From Raja brachyura (Eukaryota), in contig OY740821.1 of assembly GCA_963514005.1 (NCBI GenBank), positions 11,904,001-11,968,000 on the forward strand: DNA of 64,000 nt, read 5' to 3'. The notes under the pieces are model-generated. The model searched no databases, was not told the DNA's origin, and saw nothing but the letters and a program-made list of their open reading frames with translations. Position 1 is the stretch's first letter, and every line of letters begins with the position of its first letter. The position numbers and the translations under genes were made by a program. Shown piece after piece: positions 14,180 through 26,515 of the stretch.

Positions 14180-14314
14180 CTTCTTCTTGCTTATGGCGTG
14201 CACAGCCTAAAGTTGTAGGACGACTTGTTCTATTTGATCTTATTTGATTGTGCACGCCAGGTTCGCATTCGTCGAAACGGGGCAGACCACATGAAGGTTG
14301 CAATCTTCCACCCC
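14180..14314 (-). mobile_element. 135-bp non-autonomous retroposon with 12-bp TSD
   Basis: GGAAGTTCATAG at 14168-14179 and 14315-14326; the minus strand ends in AAGAAGAAG; 10-bp stem GGCGTGCACA/TGTGCACGCC (14195-14204 and 14249-14258). Confidence 0.85.
14261..14314 (-). ncRNA. HDV/CPEB3-like self-cleaving ribozyme motif (slightly decayed)
   Basis: Minus strand GGGGUGG-AA-GAUUGCA-ACC-UUCAUGU-GGU-CUGCCCC-G-UUUCGA-CGAA-UGCGAAC maps onto P1, P2, P3/L3, P1', P1.1, minimal P4, J4/2 (catalytic C) and P2'. Confidence 0.75.
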
Positions 14315-17300
14315 GGAAGTTCATAGTATCCCCTACCATTTTAAAATTGGTGCAAAGTATCCAAAAAAACTCCTCGATTGTTTGTTCCAGGAAACTCTTT
14401 CCCCACCCGTTCTCTGAGGAGAGAAATGTTTATGTACATTTCTGTCTTCCTTTATGTACTGAAAACATATTGTCTTTTTTTAAAAAAATAATCTTTACTC
14501 GTTTGTCCTCAATTTATTTTCCTTTTTTGGTCTTCCTTTGCTGGATCCAGAATTCAGTCTTAACGTCTACCGTTACCTTTTTGTTTTATCTCTTTTATTT
14601 TGATGCCCTGTCACTTCCTTGGTTAGCCATGGTTGCTGCATTGCTACCTTGGAAGCTTGCCTTTTTACTGGGATATTTTTTTGCTGGCTGTCAGGAGTGA
14701 CCTCACAATGTCTGCCACTGCATGCCTCTATTTAGCCAACCCCATCCTAATAACTCTCTAATTCCTTTCATAAGTTAACCTCAGTTGCTTCTTGCCCAAG
14801 TCTCTTTCCCCCACCCCGGTATGGAATACAACATCCATCATATTGTGATTACTACTTTCTTGGGTGATCTTGTAATCCTGAGATTCATTTAACCTGCATC
14901 ATTATGCTTTGCCAGATTCAGGAGAGCCTGTTTCCCCAGTTGGTTCTGTAACATATTGATCTAGGAAACAATCTTGCATGCATTCTGAATTCTCATAGTT
15001 ACAGTTTCCAAATTAATTAACCTAATCAGCAGGAAGATTAAAGTCTTCCATAATTATTTCCTATTTCTTTTGTACTTTTTCTTTCAATTGGCTACTGTTT
15101 GCGAATCTATGCACTGCTAATTTGTTGTTTCTAACCTTCAAAATGGACTCCTGAGCCTAGATTGTCTCTCACATCTCTACTCATTTTATCACTTATTAAC
15201 AGCGCTCCCCCACCACTTGCATTGATGACTGTGTTACAGAGGAAGCGGTGGAAGGATTAACTATCTACATCTCAGCATTTGGGATGCTCCACGGTGATTC
15301 CGTCTGCATCTCCAACTCTGACATGCTTAACCAGTAGCAGCAGCCGGCTGCACTTTATTCACATGTGGTTCCCATGGACCTCGAAGAGTCCCCTTCCATC
15401 GGTCTAAGTTCACCTGCCATGAATTACACTCCAAATTAAGCTCCTTGGTTCCTCCCCTTAAAAAAAACTAATTGAACTGGGGACCTTGTTTCACTCCAAA
15501 CACTACTTGGTATGATGTAAAGCCTTTGTACACTTCATTAGCTTACATGCAAGTGGCAAGTTACTATGTTTCATCCATTTTGCACGTTCATATCTGCAAT
15601 TTCTTTCTAATTAGGTGGCACCTAACTGGAGCAATTGCAACAAGGGTCCCATTTCGTAAACTGATTTTGGTGTTTACTGGGTTTGCAGGCAATCCAGGAA
15701 AAACTGTCTGAGCGGTAAACACGGGCAGATGGTCCGAGAACTCCCAGACGTTAATGCATATTCCATCAGTCTGGTTCATTGTTAATTAACTCTGCTGTTC
15801 TGTCAAATACCTTGACAGAGGGGAGCAAAGCACCCAGGCAAATTCCTTGTATGTATACATTCTTGGCTAATAAAATGTATTCAATTCACCCCATAAATGG
15901 CAGGTCCATTATTCCAGATGACTGCCAGAGCTGGTCAAGAGTTGTGCAGTCAGTGATGTGCACGTGGGTTTTGCGTGTTCTGTCGTTGGATTAATTTGGA
16001 GGCTGTAAAATGGAGCTCAGCCAACTGACAGAAGTATAGCATGTAATAGGTTGTGATTGTTTGAGAAACCTTTAGGTGCTTCTCTGAGCTGGAATATACG
16101 TCTTAGAAGCAGGTGTCGGTTCCTTAGCCCCTCATGTCTCCTCTGGCATTTAGGAAGTTAATTCCACATCATTTACCTCAGCATCACGTTCCTACACCAA
16201 CCACATATCCTTAAATTTCCATTGTGTCCAAATATCTATTGCTTTTGCTTTGAATATATGCAGCAGCTGAGTCTCCACGGACCTCTTGGGTAGAGAATTT
16301 CAACGTTTCACCATCTTCTGGGGTGAAGAAATTTATTCTCATCTCTGTCCTTAATGGACTATGCAGCTAGGGGAAGCATCACTCCTGCACTTGCCCAGCC
16401 AAGCTGCAGAAGAATTTGGCACATTTTGAGGAAATCACCCCTCATTGTACGTAACTCCAGAGCATCGGACGAGTCTGCATAATGCTCCAGTAAGACGGTT
16501 GTTTCCCTGTTGCAGGAATCTGTCTGGTGAATGGAATAAGCTACCATTTTGCCCGTTTAAATATCTAATTAATTTGTGAATAAAGGAATAACAATTTGCA
16601 AATTGCCAATTGCTTATTGCAAGTTTGTTGCAGGAAAACCATGCAAATTGGCTGCTGTCGGAGCACTGTGATGAAACAATTCAGGAGTCTATGCTGCACT
16701 TTGTCACAAATGACCATTGTTTCATATTGCTAAATTGAGTATCAGCAAAGCAAGCTGATACTCGCGTAGCAACTCCAAAGCAAAAAGAAAGGTCAGCAAG
16801 TCTTTTGTGCACGTGCATGGAAGGTGTGGTGAACATCATCCCACCAAAGAGTTAGAGAAGGTGAAATAAATGGCACCAATTATTTTGTTTCTGCAACTTC
16901 TTCCTCCGTGAGAAGTCATGGGCACATTGTCTATGCTTTCCTTGCATAGTAACCTAATGTCAGTTTGCCCACAAATACTGAGCAGACTCCCCACTTCTGG
17001 TTGGCAAAGACAGCATGGAGAATCTACTGATGTAGTTTGTGCATTAACCAGGTTTATGCATTCTTTAGCACTAGAGAGACCTGGATGTATCTACTATTTT
17101 ATTTTTGGAAGTGTTGAAACTAGAGACATTTTCTAATCTGATTTGCTTGTGGTTGTGCACGTTGATAATTGAAACATATTTGAACATAATTGGGTTCAGA
17201 TAATTCCCTTGCTTGGCATTAGTCTGAAGCAATTTGAAAAATGGTGCTTTCAAAAGTTGCGTGGACTCGTTCACCTGGAGAGCAATAATCACGCCCTGTT

Positions 17301-17363
17301 GAAGTGCCCATATCCTTTGAATTTCCTTTGTTTCAAAGGATGGTGGCAGTGCATATGCACGTG

Positions 17364-18925
17364 CAGTGCTTTCAGAAAGTATTCCCACCCCTTCGCTATA
17401 TCCACATTCCAGCCTTATTCTAAAATTGATTAAATTCTTTTTTTTTGCATCATTCTACACACAATACCCCATCATAAAAATGTTTGCAAAGTAATTTAAA
17501 AGAAATTACTGAAATATCACATTTACATAAGTATTCAGACCCTTTACTCAATACTTTGTTGAGGCACCTTTGGCAGCGATTACAGCCTCAAGTCTTGTGT
17601 ATGACTCTACAAGCTCGGCACACCTGTATTTGGGTAATTTCTCCCATTCTTCTCTGCAGATCCTCTCAAGCTCTGTCAAGTTGGATGGGGTGCGTCGATG
17701 CACAGCTATTTTCAGGCCCCTCCCTCCAGAGATGTTAGATCGGGTTCAAGTCCTGGCTCTGGCTGGGCCACTCAAGGACATTCGCAGACTTGTCACAAAG
17801 CCACTTCTGCATTGCCTTGGCTGTGTGCTTAGGGTTGTTGTCCTGTTGGAAGGTGAACCTCTGCCCCAGTCTGATGTCCAGAACGCTCTGGAGCAAGTTC
17901 TTATCGAGGATCTCTCTGTACATTGCTCCGTTCATCTTTCCCTCGATCCTGACTAGTCTCCCAGTTCTTGCCGCTGAAAAACATCCCCACAGCATGATGC
18001 TGTCACCACCATGCTTCACCGTAGTTATGGTATTGGCCAGGTGATGAGCGGTGCCTGGTTTCCTCCAGATGTGACGCTTGGAATTCAGGTCAAAGAGTTC
18101 AATCTTGGTTTCATCAGACCAGAGAATCTTGTTTCTCATGGTCTGAGAGTCTGTTAGGTACCTTTTGGCAAACTCCAAGCGGGTTGTCATGTGCCTTTTA
18201 CTGAGGAGTGGCTTCCATCTGGCCACTCTATCATAAAGGCCTGATTGATGGAATGCTGCAGATATAGTTGTCCTTCTGGAAGGTTCTCCACAGAGGAACT
18301 TTGGAGCTCTGTCAGAGTGACCATCGGGTTCTTGGTCACCTCCCTGACCAAGGCGCTTCTCCCCCGATTGCTCAGTTTGGCCAAGCAGCCAGCTCTATGA
18401 AGAGTCCTGGTGGTTCCAAAGTTCTTCCATTTAAGAGTGACGGAGACCACTGTGCTCTTCGGGACCTGCAATGCTGCAGAAACTGTTTTATACCCTTCCC
18501 CAGATCTGTGTCTCGACACAATCTTGTCTCGGAGGTCTACGAACAATTCCTTTGTCTTCATGGCTTGGTTTTTGCTCTGACATGCACTGTCAACTGTGGG
18601 GCCTTATATAGACAGTTGTGTGCCTTTCCAAATCATGTTCAATCAATTTAATTTACCACTGGTGGACTCCAATCAAGTTGTAGAAACATCGCATGGATAA
18701 TCAATGGAAACAGGATGAACCTAAGCTCAATTTTGAGTGTCAATTATTTATTTTTAATTACCTTGCAAAAATTTCTAAACGCCTGTTTTCACTTCTTCAT
18801 TCGGTGTTATTGTGTGTGGATTGATGATTTAAAAATAAAAGAATTTCATCCATTTTAAAATAAGGTTGTAACATAACAAAATATGGAAAAACGTGAGGGG
18901 GTCTGAATACTTTCTGAATGCACTG
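17364..18925 (-). mobile_element. Near full-length decayed Tc1-family (DD34E) DNA transposon
   Basis: TIRs start CAGTGCTTTCAGAAAGTATTC and end GAATACTTTCTGAATGCACTG; transposase [25 protein letters not shown]; frameshift, and the catalytic Glu codon reads TAA; TA TSDs eroded. Confidence 0.95.
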
Positions 18926-19293
18926 GATCGCTTGGCAACTGAATTTGTGGGTGGTAGAGCAAACCACGGTGGCTTCAGGCTGCAAGCAAATAACAGTCCC
19001 AGCTGTAGAAGCAGCTAGAGTCTGTTAAACTCTGCAATCTAAACCAATAAGGATTGTAGATAGAATTTGTTTTAACTTTCATAAAATGCTTTGGCAAATT
19101 ACAATTTAATGGTTAAGAACCACGACCATTCAAGAGATGCAATGTAGTCTTCTAAGATAGGTGGAATTGTCAAAACAGCATCTTGCTTCACCATCTGTTC
19201 TCCAATATAAAAAAAGAGAGCGTTTTAAAGAATTATGATTTGTAATGTATACATTTTCACGGTGTGATCAGAGCAGATGTTGGCAAAGTGTTA

Positions 19294-19481
19294 AGGGCCT
19301 GTCCCACTTTCACAACCTAATTCACAACCTTTTTTACTCGTGGACATTTTTCATCAGGCTAGAAAAAAACGCCGCGACCTACTTGATGCCACGAGTACCT
19401 ACGACCTCCTCGTGACGACCACGCTGCGAGGGCAAACTCGGCAGAGGTCGTGAATTAGGTTGTGGAAGTGGGACAGGCCCT
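19294..19481. mobile_element. PIF/Harbinger-type MITE copy A
   Basis: TIR AGGGCCTGTCCCACTT...AAGTGGGACAGGCCCT; flanks TTA/TAA. Confidence 0.8.
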
Positions 19482-20134
19482 TAAGAATGTGACTGCGGGA
19501 AATGTTCAGCCTTCATTCTTTGATCACCTCAGCCTGGAAAGTTGATCCTTCATCTGGTTGGCCTTGTCGTTAATAATCAAAAAGTGATAAGTGCAGACTA
19601 ATCTGTTAAAATAAAAGACTGGAGAGCGTAAAGATGAGAACTGATCAGGCAGGCAAGCAGCTAATGAAAATTAATATTCAGCCCAGAAAGACCGGAACAT
19701 CTTATCTATTAACATGAGGAAATATCCAATGAGCAAATCACTGGCTATATTCTTTCAAAATTGATCAAGGAAAGTAGTTGAAATAATTTTTTTTTAAAAC
19801 ATGACTTCTTGAAAGTATTTCAATTGTATCGTTAGCCCGGAAAGCGGAAATAAATAAATACATAAATAATTGCTCTTGATCTTTAATCTACATTGTTCCC
19901 CAAGTTTCTGTGGTGGTTATAATATTGCTCTTAATTGTGACTGCCACTGCTTACACCTTCCCCAGTCCATGTCCTCCATCTGAACCTATGGTGTTATGTT
20001 TTCTGTGCATTTTGATCCTGAGAAAAGTTTGATAATCAGAAATATTCCACCTGCAGTCCTTTTAAACATTTTTTAAAGTACTTTTGGAGGAACCTCTTAT
20101 TTTTAATCAATGTTTCCATTGTTCATTTTACTAG

Positions 20135-20340
20135 TTTCCACTGCCTGGCCTGGTATTGATGACGATGCTTACAAGCCTGCCATTAACCGGGCATTACTGC
20201 CAACTGCACCTCGAGCAGCTCGAGCACCAGATGTTGATATGAACCGTATTCCTAAGCAGCCACCGTACACAGCTTTTCTAGGCAATTTGCCTTATGAAGT
20301 ATCCGAGGAGTCTATCCGCAAGTTCTTTCATGGGATGAAT
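20135..20340 (+). CDS. EIF4B: EIF4B exon 3 (start of RRM, RNP2 AFLGNLPY)
   Basis: ctag|TT...AAT|gtaagt; VSTAWPGIDDDAYKPAINRALLPTAPRAARAPDVDMNRIPKQPPYTAFLGNLPYEVSEESIRKFFHGMN; phase 1 to 0. Confidence 0.97.
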
Positions 20341-21144
20341 GTAAGTTAAATGAGGGCAATGTGGCATTTACTGAATACTGAAGACAACACTCATAAACCG
20401 AGGGTTACTGCTCTCTGGCCTCATTGCAGTGCAGGACATTTGATAGACGACCTCCCCCTCACCCCCTGTTTTTTTTACTATTAATCTGCACGATAATTGT
20501 CATTTTGTCTTTCTATTCTGAGATTGTATGGAACAGATGAAAAGATCCTTCAAGATTTCTAGCAATGTGATTTTATTTTTAAACACTTAGAATAACTGGA
20601 GTCAGCTTGCATTACCAGAAAGAAAGTGTTTTGGGCCCATACCGTTTCCCAGTTCTGATGACAGGTTAATAGTAAACGAGGTTAGAGTAAGAGAAGGGGA
20701 GGAGAAAACAAAGGCGTGCAAGGGTGAAAAATGTGAATCTGACAAGAAAAAAAACAGAATATTGATCCACAGGATGTGTTGTGCTTCTTTGCAACAGGAG
20801 GCACTCAAAGGCACAGGGTGGCAGCAGGGCAGACAAGCAGAAATTTGGGATGGTGCTTGTGTCTAGTGTCTGTACCTTGTGTCTTTGTACTTTCTTAGTA
20901 TGAAGGGGAGTTATTGGCCTTTGTCCCAATCCTTGGAGAGAGCACACTTTCCAGTGGAAAGGACAAGGGCATATAGTTTGTAGACAAAAATGCTGGAGAA
21001 ACTCAGCGGGTGAGGCAGCATCTATGGAGGCATATAGTTTGATCGATTCATTCAATGAAGAGTATTCCATCTCATGAGATCTGCAGCTTTGTGTTGTGAA
21101 GTAAGATGGATGTCTAATTTTCTGATGTTTTGGGCTTTCTAAAG

Positions 21145-21261
21145 ATCAGCGCTGTGCGTTTGCCGAGGGAGTCCACCAACCAGGACAGATTGAAGGGATT
21201 TGGTTATGCCGAGTTTGATGATGTGGAATCGCTGATGAATGCTTTGAGTCTCAATGAGGAG
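21145..21261 (+). CDS. EIF4B: EIF4B exon 4 (RRM, RNP1 KGFGYAEF)
   Basis: aaag|ATC...GAG|gtagag; ISAVRLPRESTNQDRLKGFGYAEFDDVESLMNALSLNEE. Confidence 0.97.
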
Positions 21262-21384
21262 GTAGAGTAAATGTGTTCAACACTTTAATGTGTCATTTTT
21301 GTTACAATACCAAGCTGTTTTAAGAATCATTTTCTCTAAAGAATCCTGATAATATTAAATGCATTATCCTCCAAGTTTCTTGAT

Positions 21385-21992
21385 CGAGGGTGCCGATTGG
21401 ACGAGAGAGACGGCGGTCAGCAGGCAGTGGGGGTGGTGGGGGGGGGGGGGGAGGGAGGGTGCGGGACATGATGGTTCAGCGCGCCGATTGGAGGAGGGAG
21501 GCGTCGGTCAGAGGCGGAAGTAGGAGGTGGGACTGAGGATAGAGCGCGGTGATTGGAGGAGGGAGACATCCTGGTGGAGCAAAGATGATAGAGCGGAGCT
21601 TGAATCAGCCCGTTCGCTGGGCCTTTCAACGCCCGGCGCGGCTTAAAATCGGCCACAGGGTCTTCCATCGTCCCGCGGTCAAATTACTGCATCGAGGCTT
21701 CCGATGTTGAAGCCCCCGCCGGGCGATGGAAGATCCCACTGCCGGTTTTAAGCCGCGCGGGGCGATGAAAGGCCCCGCAAACGGGCCGATTGAAGCCACA
21801 CGATTCGGGGCGGACAAAGCTGCTGTTGCTGGAGTTCGGAGTCGGTCACCAACCAGGTCAGCTCCCAATGTTATCGTCCACAGGGCCCACGGGCGAAGCC
21901 TCGTGTGTGTGCATGTGCGGGTGGGCACCAAGAAAGTGTCTCTTCCCCCCCCCCCCCCCCCCCCAATGTTTTGATAGCGATTTGTGCCCCTG
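21385..21992. repeat. CpG-rich unclassified insertion with long internal inverted repeat and G/C runs
   Basis: Arms at about 21608-21680 and 21716-21787 are complementary; G-run near 21430-21460 and C-run at 21945-21964. Confidence 0.65.
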
Positions 21993-22069
21993 GAGTGGGG
22001 GATACTCGCTGTGATGCCTTGTAGTAGCTCTTGTCATACATTTTGTACTACTTTTCATTCTTGCTTTAG

Positions 22070-22124
22070 ATGTTGCAGAACCGAAGAGTCAGGGTGGATA
22101 TTGCCGATCAAGCTCAGGAAAAAG
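22070..22124 (+). CDS. EIF4B: EIF4B exon 5 (end of RRM)
   Basis: tttag|ATG...AAAG|gtgtgg; MLQNRRVRVDIADQAQEK. Confidence 0.95.
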
Positions 22125-22674
22125 GTGTGGTGTTTTTGTATTGTAATGGCTTGCTACCTGCTCCAATGTTCTGTGGGGAAATATGTGCTGAGTTGTATAA
22201 AAGTTGCAAGTACCTACAAGAGATTAATCGTACAATTTGTAGTTCAATTTAAAAACTGGATTTAACCAGCCTTCAGGTTGGTTATGTAGTTTTTTTTGTT
22301 GTTGCTGCCTTTGATGTATGCTTCATGATTTTTGTTTAGATTTTAAAGTAACTTTAATTATTCCAAAATAACTATCTTAAATTACTTGCCATTGATTTTT
22401 TATCCAGTATTTCCACAGAGCAGATCACATTTTCTATTGCATATTCTTTTGAACTAAAATTGTTTGGAAGTATGAAACCCAGCTTTGAGCAATCTCTTAA
22501 TTGAGCTTGGTAACTAGCCTGGATAATGTACTTTTCCTTTGACCTTGGCCAGTGAACTAAAGACTGACCTAGAAATGTTTGTACTTCACGGCTCATTGAA
22601 TCAGTGAATATTGAAATGTTGGTAAAGGTCTTCCTGAGGTGGCTTGATGTTTCCCGTCTCTGCTCTCAATTCAG

Positions 22675-22809
22675 AAAGGGAGTCGGGCAGGGGAGGCGAT
22701 CGGGACAGAGTTCGGGATGCTGAGATGGAGACTGACTGGAGGGCTCGGCCAACAAGTAATACTAACGATGATGTTCCGACAAGAAGGATGGAGGATTCGT
22801 TTGGGGACA
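22675..22809 (+). CDS. EIF4B: EIF4B exon 6
   Basis: ttcag|AA...GACA|gtgagt; ERESGRGGDRDRVRDAEMETDWRARPTSNTNDDVPTRRMEDSFGD (conserved TDWRARP and DSFGD). Confidence 0.95.
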
Positions 22810-23979
22810 GTGAGTCCATCCGATCATCAACATCACGAGCTAATGCAACATTTCAATAAGCTACCCTTTCATCTGTTGTTTTGTTGGGATTGAATCCATT
22901 TGCAGTAAAAAGGAATGGCAGATAGTGATTTATACCAAAGATAGACACAAAATGCTGAAGTAATTCAGCGGGTCAGGCAGCATCTCTGAAGAAAATGGAT
23001 AGGTGACGTTTTGGGTCGGGACCTTTCTTCTGGCTGTTTTCTAGCATTTTGTTTCGAACCATCCATATGCAGAATGGTCCCTCTTTCTACTCTTCCAGAA
23101 ACAAAGAACTGCAGATGCTGGTTAATACACAAAAGGAGGGGGTTTCACATGTGAGATTCCAACAAACCATAGTCCCATTGTGCACAATGCATTAGGAATT
23201 GACAATCCTGTTGGTCCACTCCAAGTTAGAACAGGCGCAGAGTAAAAGGTACATCACTCTGGGAGCATTTATTTGTGAATCGAGCTCTTCCTGTCTTCAT
23301 GGCAGGAACATCTCTTGTCTTGATTGATTAGTGTAATCACTTCCCCCAAGAAAATCAGTAAATATTTCTAAAAAAAAAGGTTGACAATATTTTGAAAAGT
23401 GTAGGCAATGTACATGCTTCACACAGCCAGATTAGTTGTTCCTTTTAAATCCACTAACCCTATTTGTTTATTGCATTTTTTATTGTTTGGTTATACCGTA
23501 CTTACAAAACTATGGTGCCCCTCATGACTGGGACAGCCCAGAGTACTTGACTTCTTTTCTCTCTCTGTTGTCACTAACATAGAACATAATATAGAACAGC
23601 ACAGGAATAGGCCCTTCAGCCCACAATGTCATGATGCCAAGGCCAACTCTTATCTGCCTGCACAGAATTCAAATCCTCCATTCCCTGCATATCCATGTGC
23701 TTATCCTCTTAAAGTCTCTTAAAGGCCACTATCACATCGTGGCATCGCTTCAATGCCACTATCATAACATTGGAGGCAGAGTAGAGATTACTTCTACTCA
23801 CTAACTATGTGTATGGTGCTTCCAGCTTTCTCTTGCATTTTGTGCCATTCAGTTAAGATAGCATGCATCATCTATAAAACTGCTCGGGCCCAATGATTGT
23901 ATTCAGATTTCATTGGTAAGCATTCTTTGGTGTTTGGCTTCTTGAAATGTTTTAATATTTGTGCCTTCTGGTTTTCCAG

Positions 23980-24078
23980 GAACTAGGGACCGCTACGAAA
24001 GCCGTGACCGGGATGGTCCCCGGCGGGATGGGGATAGATTCAGGGATGATAGCTTCAGGGACCGTGGTTTTGATAGAG
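23980..24078 (+). CDS. EIF4B: EIF4B exon 7 (DRYG-rich region)
   Basis: ttccag|GA...AGAG|gtgagc; RTRDRYESRDRDGPRRDGDRFRDDSFRDRGFDR. Confidence 0.93.
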
Positions 24079-24329
24079 GTGAGCCGACCTATAACTGCAT
24101 GGTTAACAGTAAAGCACCCACACATCTCTATTGTGAGCCATTGCATGTGTTACAATGCATTTGTTTTGAGAAAACAATCAGCTTTGATTTTGTGTCTCAA
24201 TAAAAGGTATTCAATTGAATTGATGGGAATGATACTGCTTACACTGTCACAAATAGAAAACTATTTGGAATATAGAGATAAAATTGGACCTCATATGCAC
24301 ACTAATCTACAACTGCTCATCCATTTAGC

Positions 24330-24830
24330 ACATATCAGAAATAATGATGCAATTCTGGTATAGAATCCCCCAGCTGTAGGAATGATGTTATAAAGTTGGT
24401 AAAGTGGCAGAAAAGATTCACTAGGCTGTTACTGGGACTGGCGGGCTTGAGTTGTGAAGTGGCTAGATCGGCTTGCACTTTTCCCCGGTATCATCGGAGG
24501 CTGATGGGCGACCGTATAGAGGTATATAACATGATGAGGGGTGTACATAAGGTGGATAGTCTTTTTTCCCAGGATAGGGCAGTCTAACTAGAGGGCATAA
24601 ATTTAAGGTGATGGGGAAAAGATTTAAAAGGGAGCTGAGGGGATTTTTTTTAAATATATATACAGGATGGTCTCCATCTGGAATGGGCAGCCTGGGGAAG
24701 CTGTTGAGCTGGTAGTGTTACAATGTTCAAAAGACATTTGGACAGGTAAATGGGTAGAAAAGATTTAGAGGGATATGAGCAAAACACAGACAATAGCTTG
24801 CTTAGACATTTTGGTCAGTATGGTTGTAGA
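24330..24830 (+). mobile_element. CR1/HER1 LINE 3' fragment
   Basis: Decayed 'Q.RFTR.LPG..GLS...RRL.GD.IEVY..M.G..KVD' and ACTAGAGGGCATAAATTTAAGGTG. Confidence 0.8.
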
Positions 24831-25049
24831 GCCTGTACAACTGGGTCAATTGTGTTTTCTGGGCTGCTTTATTTTACTGCAACCACAATAAACTAGTTTT
24901 TACATTTACTATGCCTTTAATTAAGAATAGAGGTGAATAATTGTTTTGAAAAATTGGCCAATAATATTGCACAAGTGAGGTAGATTGTGTGCATTTTGAT
25001 AGTTGTAAAAGTGCTTAAAAATTCACATAAAGAGCACGCTTGCATTCCC

Positions 25050-25318
25050 TTTCTCTCCGCCCCCCACCCTAGTTGTCTTGCTGGTTTCACTGTTCCTATC
25101 CTGTCGTTATCACCTCGCCCACAGCCAACAATGGACCATTGTGGGCTCCACCTTTCCTGAGTCATTGGCTGCTGGCTCTGATTTGGGAGTCAGGTGAGAG
25201 TTTCCCCCTCACCTGACTCCCAGTCTGAAGAGGGGTCTTGACCCAAAATGTCACCTAATCCTTTTCTCCAGAGATGATGCCTGACCCACTGAGTTACTCC
25301 AGCATTTGATGTCGATCT
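25050..25318 (+). repeat. Penelope 3' end/terminal repeat with mutated hammerhead and a 14-bp hairpin
   Basis: GGGAGTCAGGTGAG (25185-25198) / CTCACCTGACTCCC (25208-25221), then CTGAAGAGGGGTCTTGACCCAAAATGTCACC. Confidence 0.7.
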
Positions 25319-25364
25319 TCATTTTAAGGAAATATGTTTTAGTGGCGCAAATTGTCTTTTTTAG

Positions 25365-25550
25365 GCAGCCGGCGTGCATTTGGCACTGGATTTAGGAGAG
25401 ACAATTATGACGACAAGAGGAGTGATGATTATCGGGGTGGTGGTGATCGTTATAGCGACCGCTACAATGAAGGATTTGACCGCTTTGAGAGAAGAGATGA
25501 CAGGAGAAGTGATTTTGGCACAAGAGATGAACCGAGACAGGAAGATAGAG
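25365..25550 (+). CDS. EIF4B: EIF4B exon 8 (DRYG-rich region)
   Basis: ttttag|GC...AGAG|gtaaca; GSRRAFGTGFRRDNYDDKRSDDYRGGGDRYSDRY...EDR. Confidence 0.95.
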
Positions 25551-26271
25551 GTAACACACTTTTATTACCAAATAAATATCATCAAGAAAAAAATTGAGAC
25601 CATTGTAAAAGCTTGCATTGCATTTCAAGTGCCATTTTAATATTTGAGCTAACGTTAACATGAAATCTTTAACCTGTTTATATCTATTATAGTACAAATG
25701 CAAGTCTTTCCTCATTCATTTCTGCACCCTTCAATGCTGATTAAAATGAACTCATGAGTTTTGGATCTATGCTGAAGTAATTCCTACAGCCTGTTCTGCT
25801 GGGAGCGATGGTGTAGAATGTGTGGAAGAATATTTTGCACTTTCCATTTACTTTGGCAACTAGTCTATAACCATGGAGCACTAAATGGTCATTTCAGGAT
25901 CTTGGGAATTATGGTGAAGACACTATATTTCAAGGGCATCCTATGTGTAAGATTGTCACATTGCTGAAAGTCACTCTATGCTAAAGCGCTTTGCTGCCAC
26001 ACTGATTTTGTGCACACACAATAATCCCTTTTTGGTTTCCTGAAATAAACAACATACTGCTTTGTCCCCAGCAAGCAGATTCCCCAATCTCCTGATGTGT
26101 AGAAATTGCAAGTAAATCCTGACACTTTTGAATAAAGTTATTAGGCAGAAGATTTTTTGAAGAAATGGCAACAGTTCGGAAGCTCCTGATTTGGGGTCTG
26201 ATGCATCAATACTCTGAATAAGTTTGAGAACATGTGACATTTTTAAATGATTGCTGAAATTGTGCCCCTAG

Positions 26272-26515
26272 GATCTGTACAGAGACCTAAATTGAACCTG
26301 AAACCTCGCAGCATTCCAAAAGAAGAGGTTGTACGGGCTCCTCCTGCGGTGTCCTCTGGAAGATCGGCGTCCATTTTTGGTGCGGCCAAGCCAGTAGATA
26401 CAACAGCTAAAGAACGCGAGGTTGAAGAGAGATTGAAGAAGGAGCAGGAAAAGTATCAGAGGCAAATAGATGATCAAGAAAGAGGGATTAAAGGGGTTAA
26501 ACAACCACGAGAAAG
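26272..26515 (+). CDS. EIF4B: EIF4B exon 9
   Basis: cctag|GA...GAAAG|gtaagc; QRPKLNLKPRS...ASIFGAAKPVDTTAKEREVEERLKKEQEK. Confidence 0.97.
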
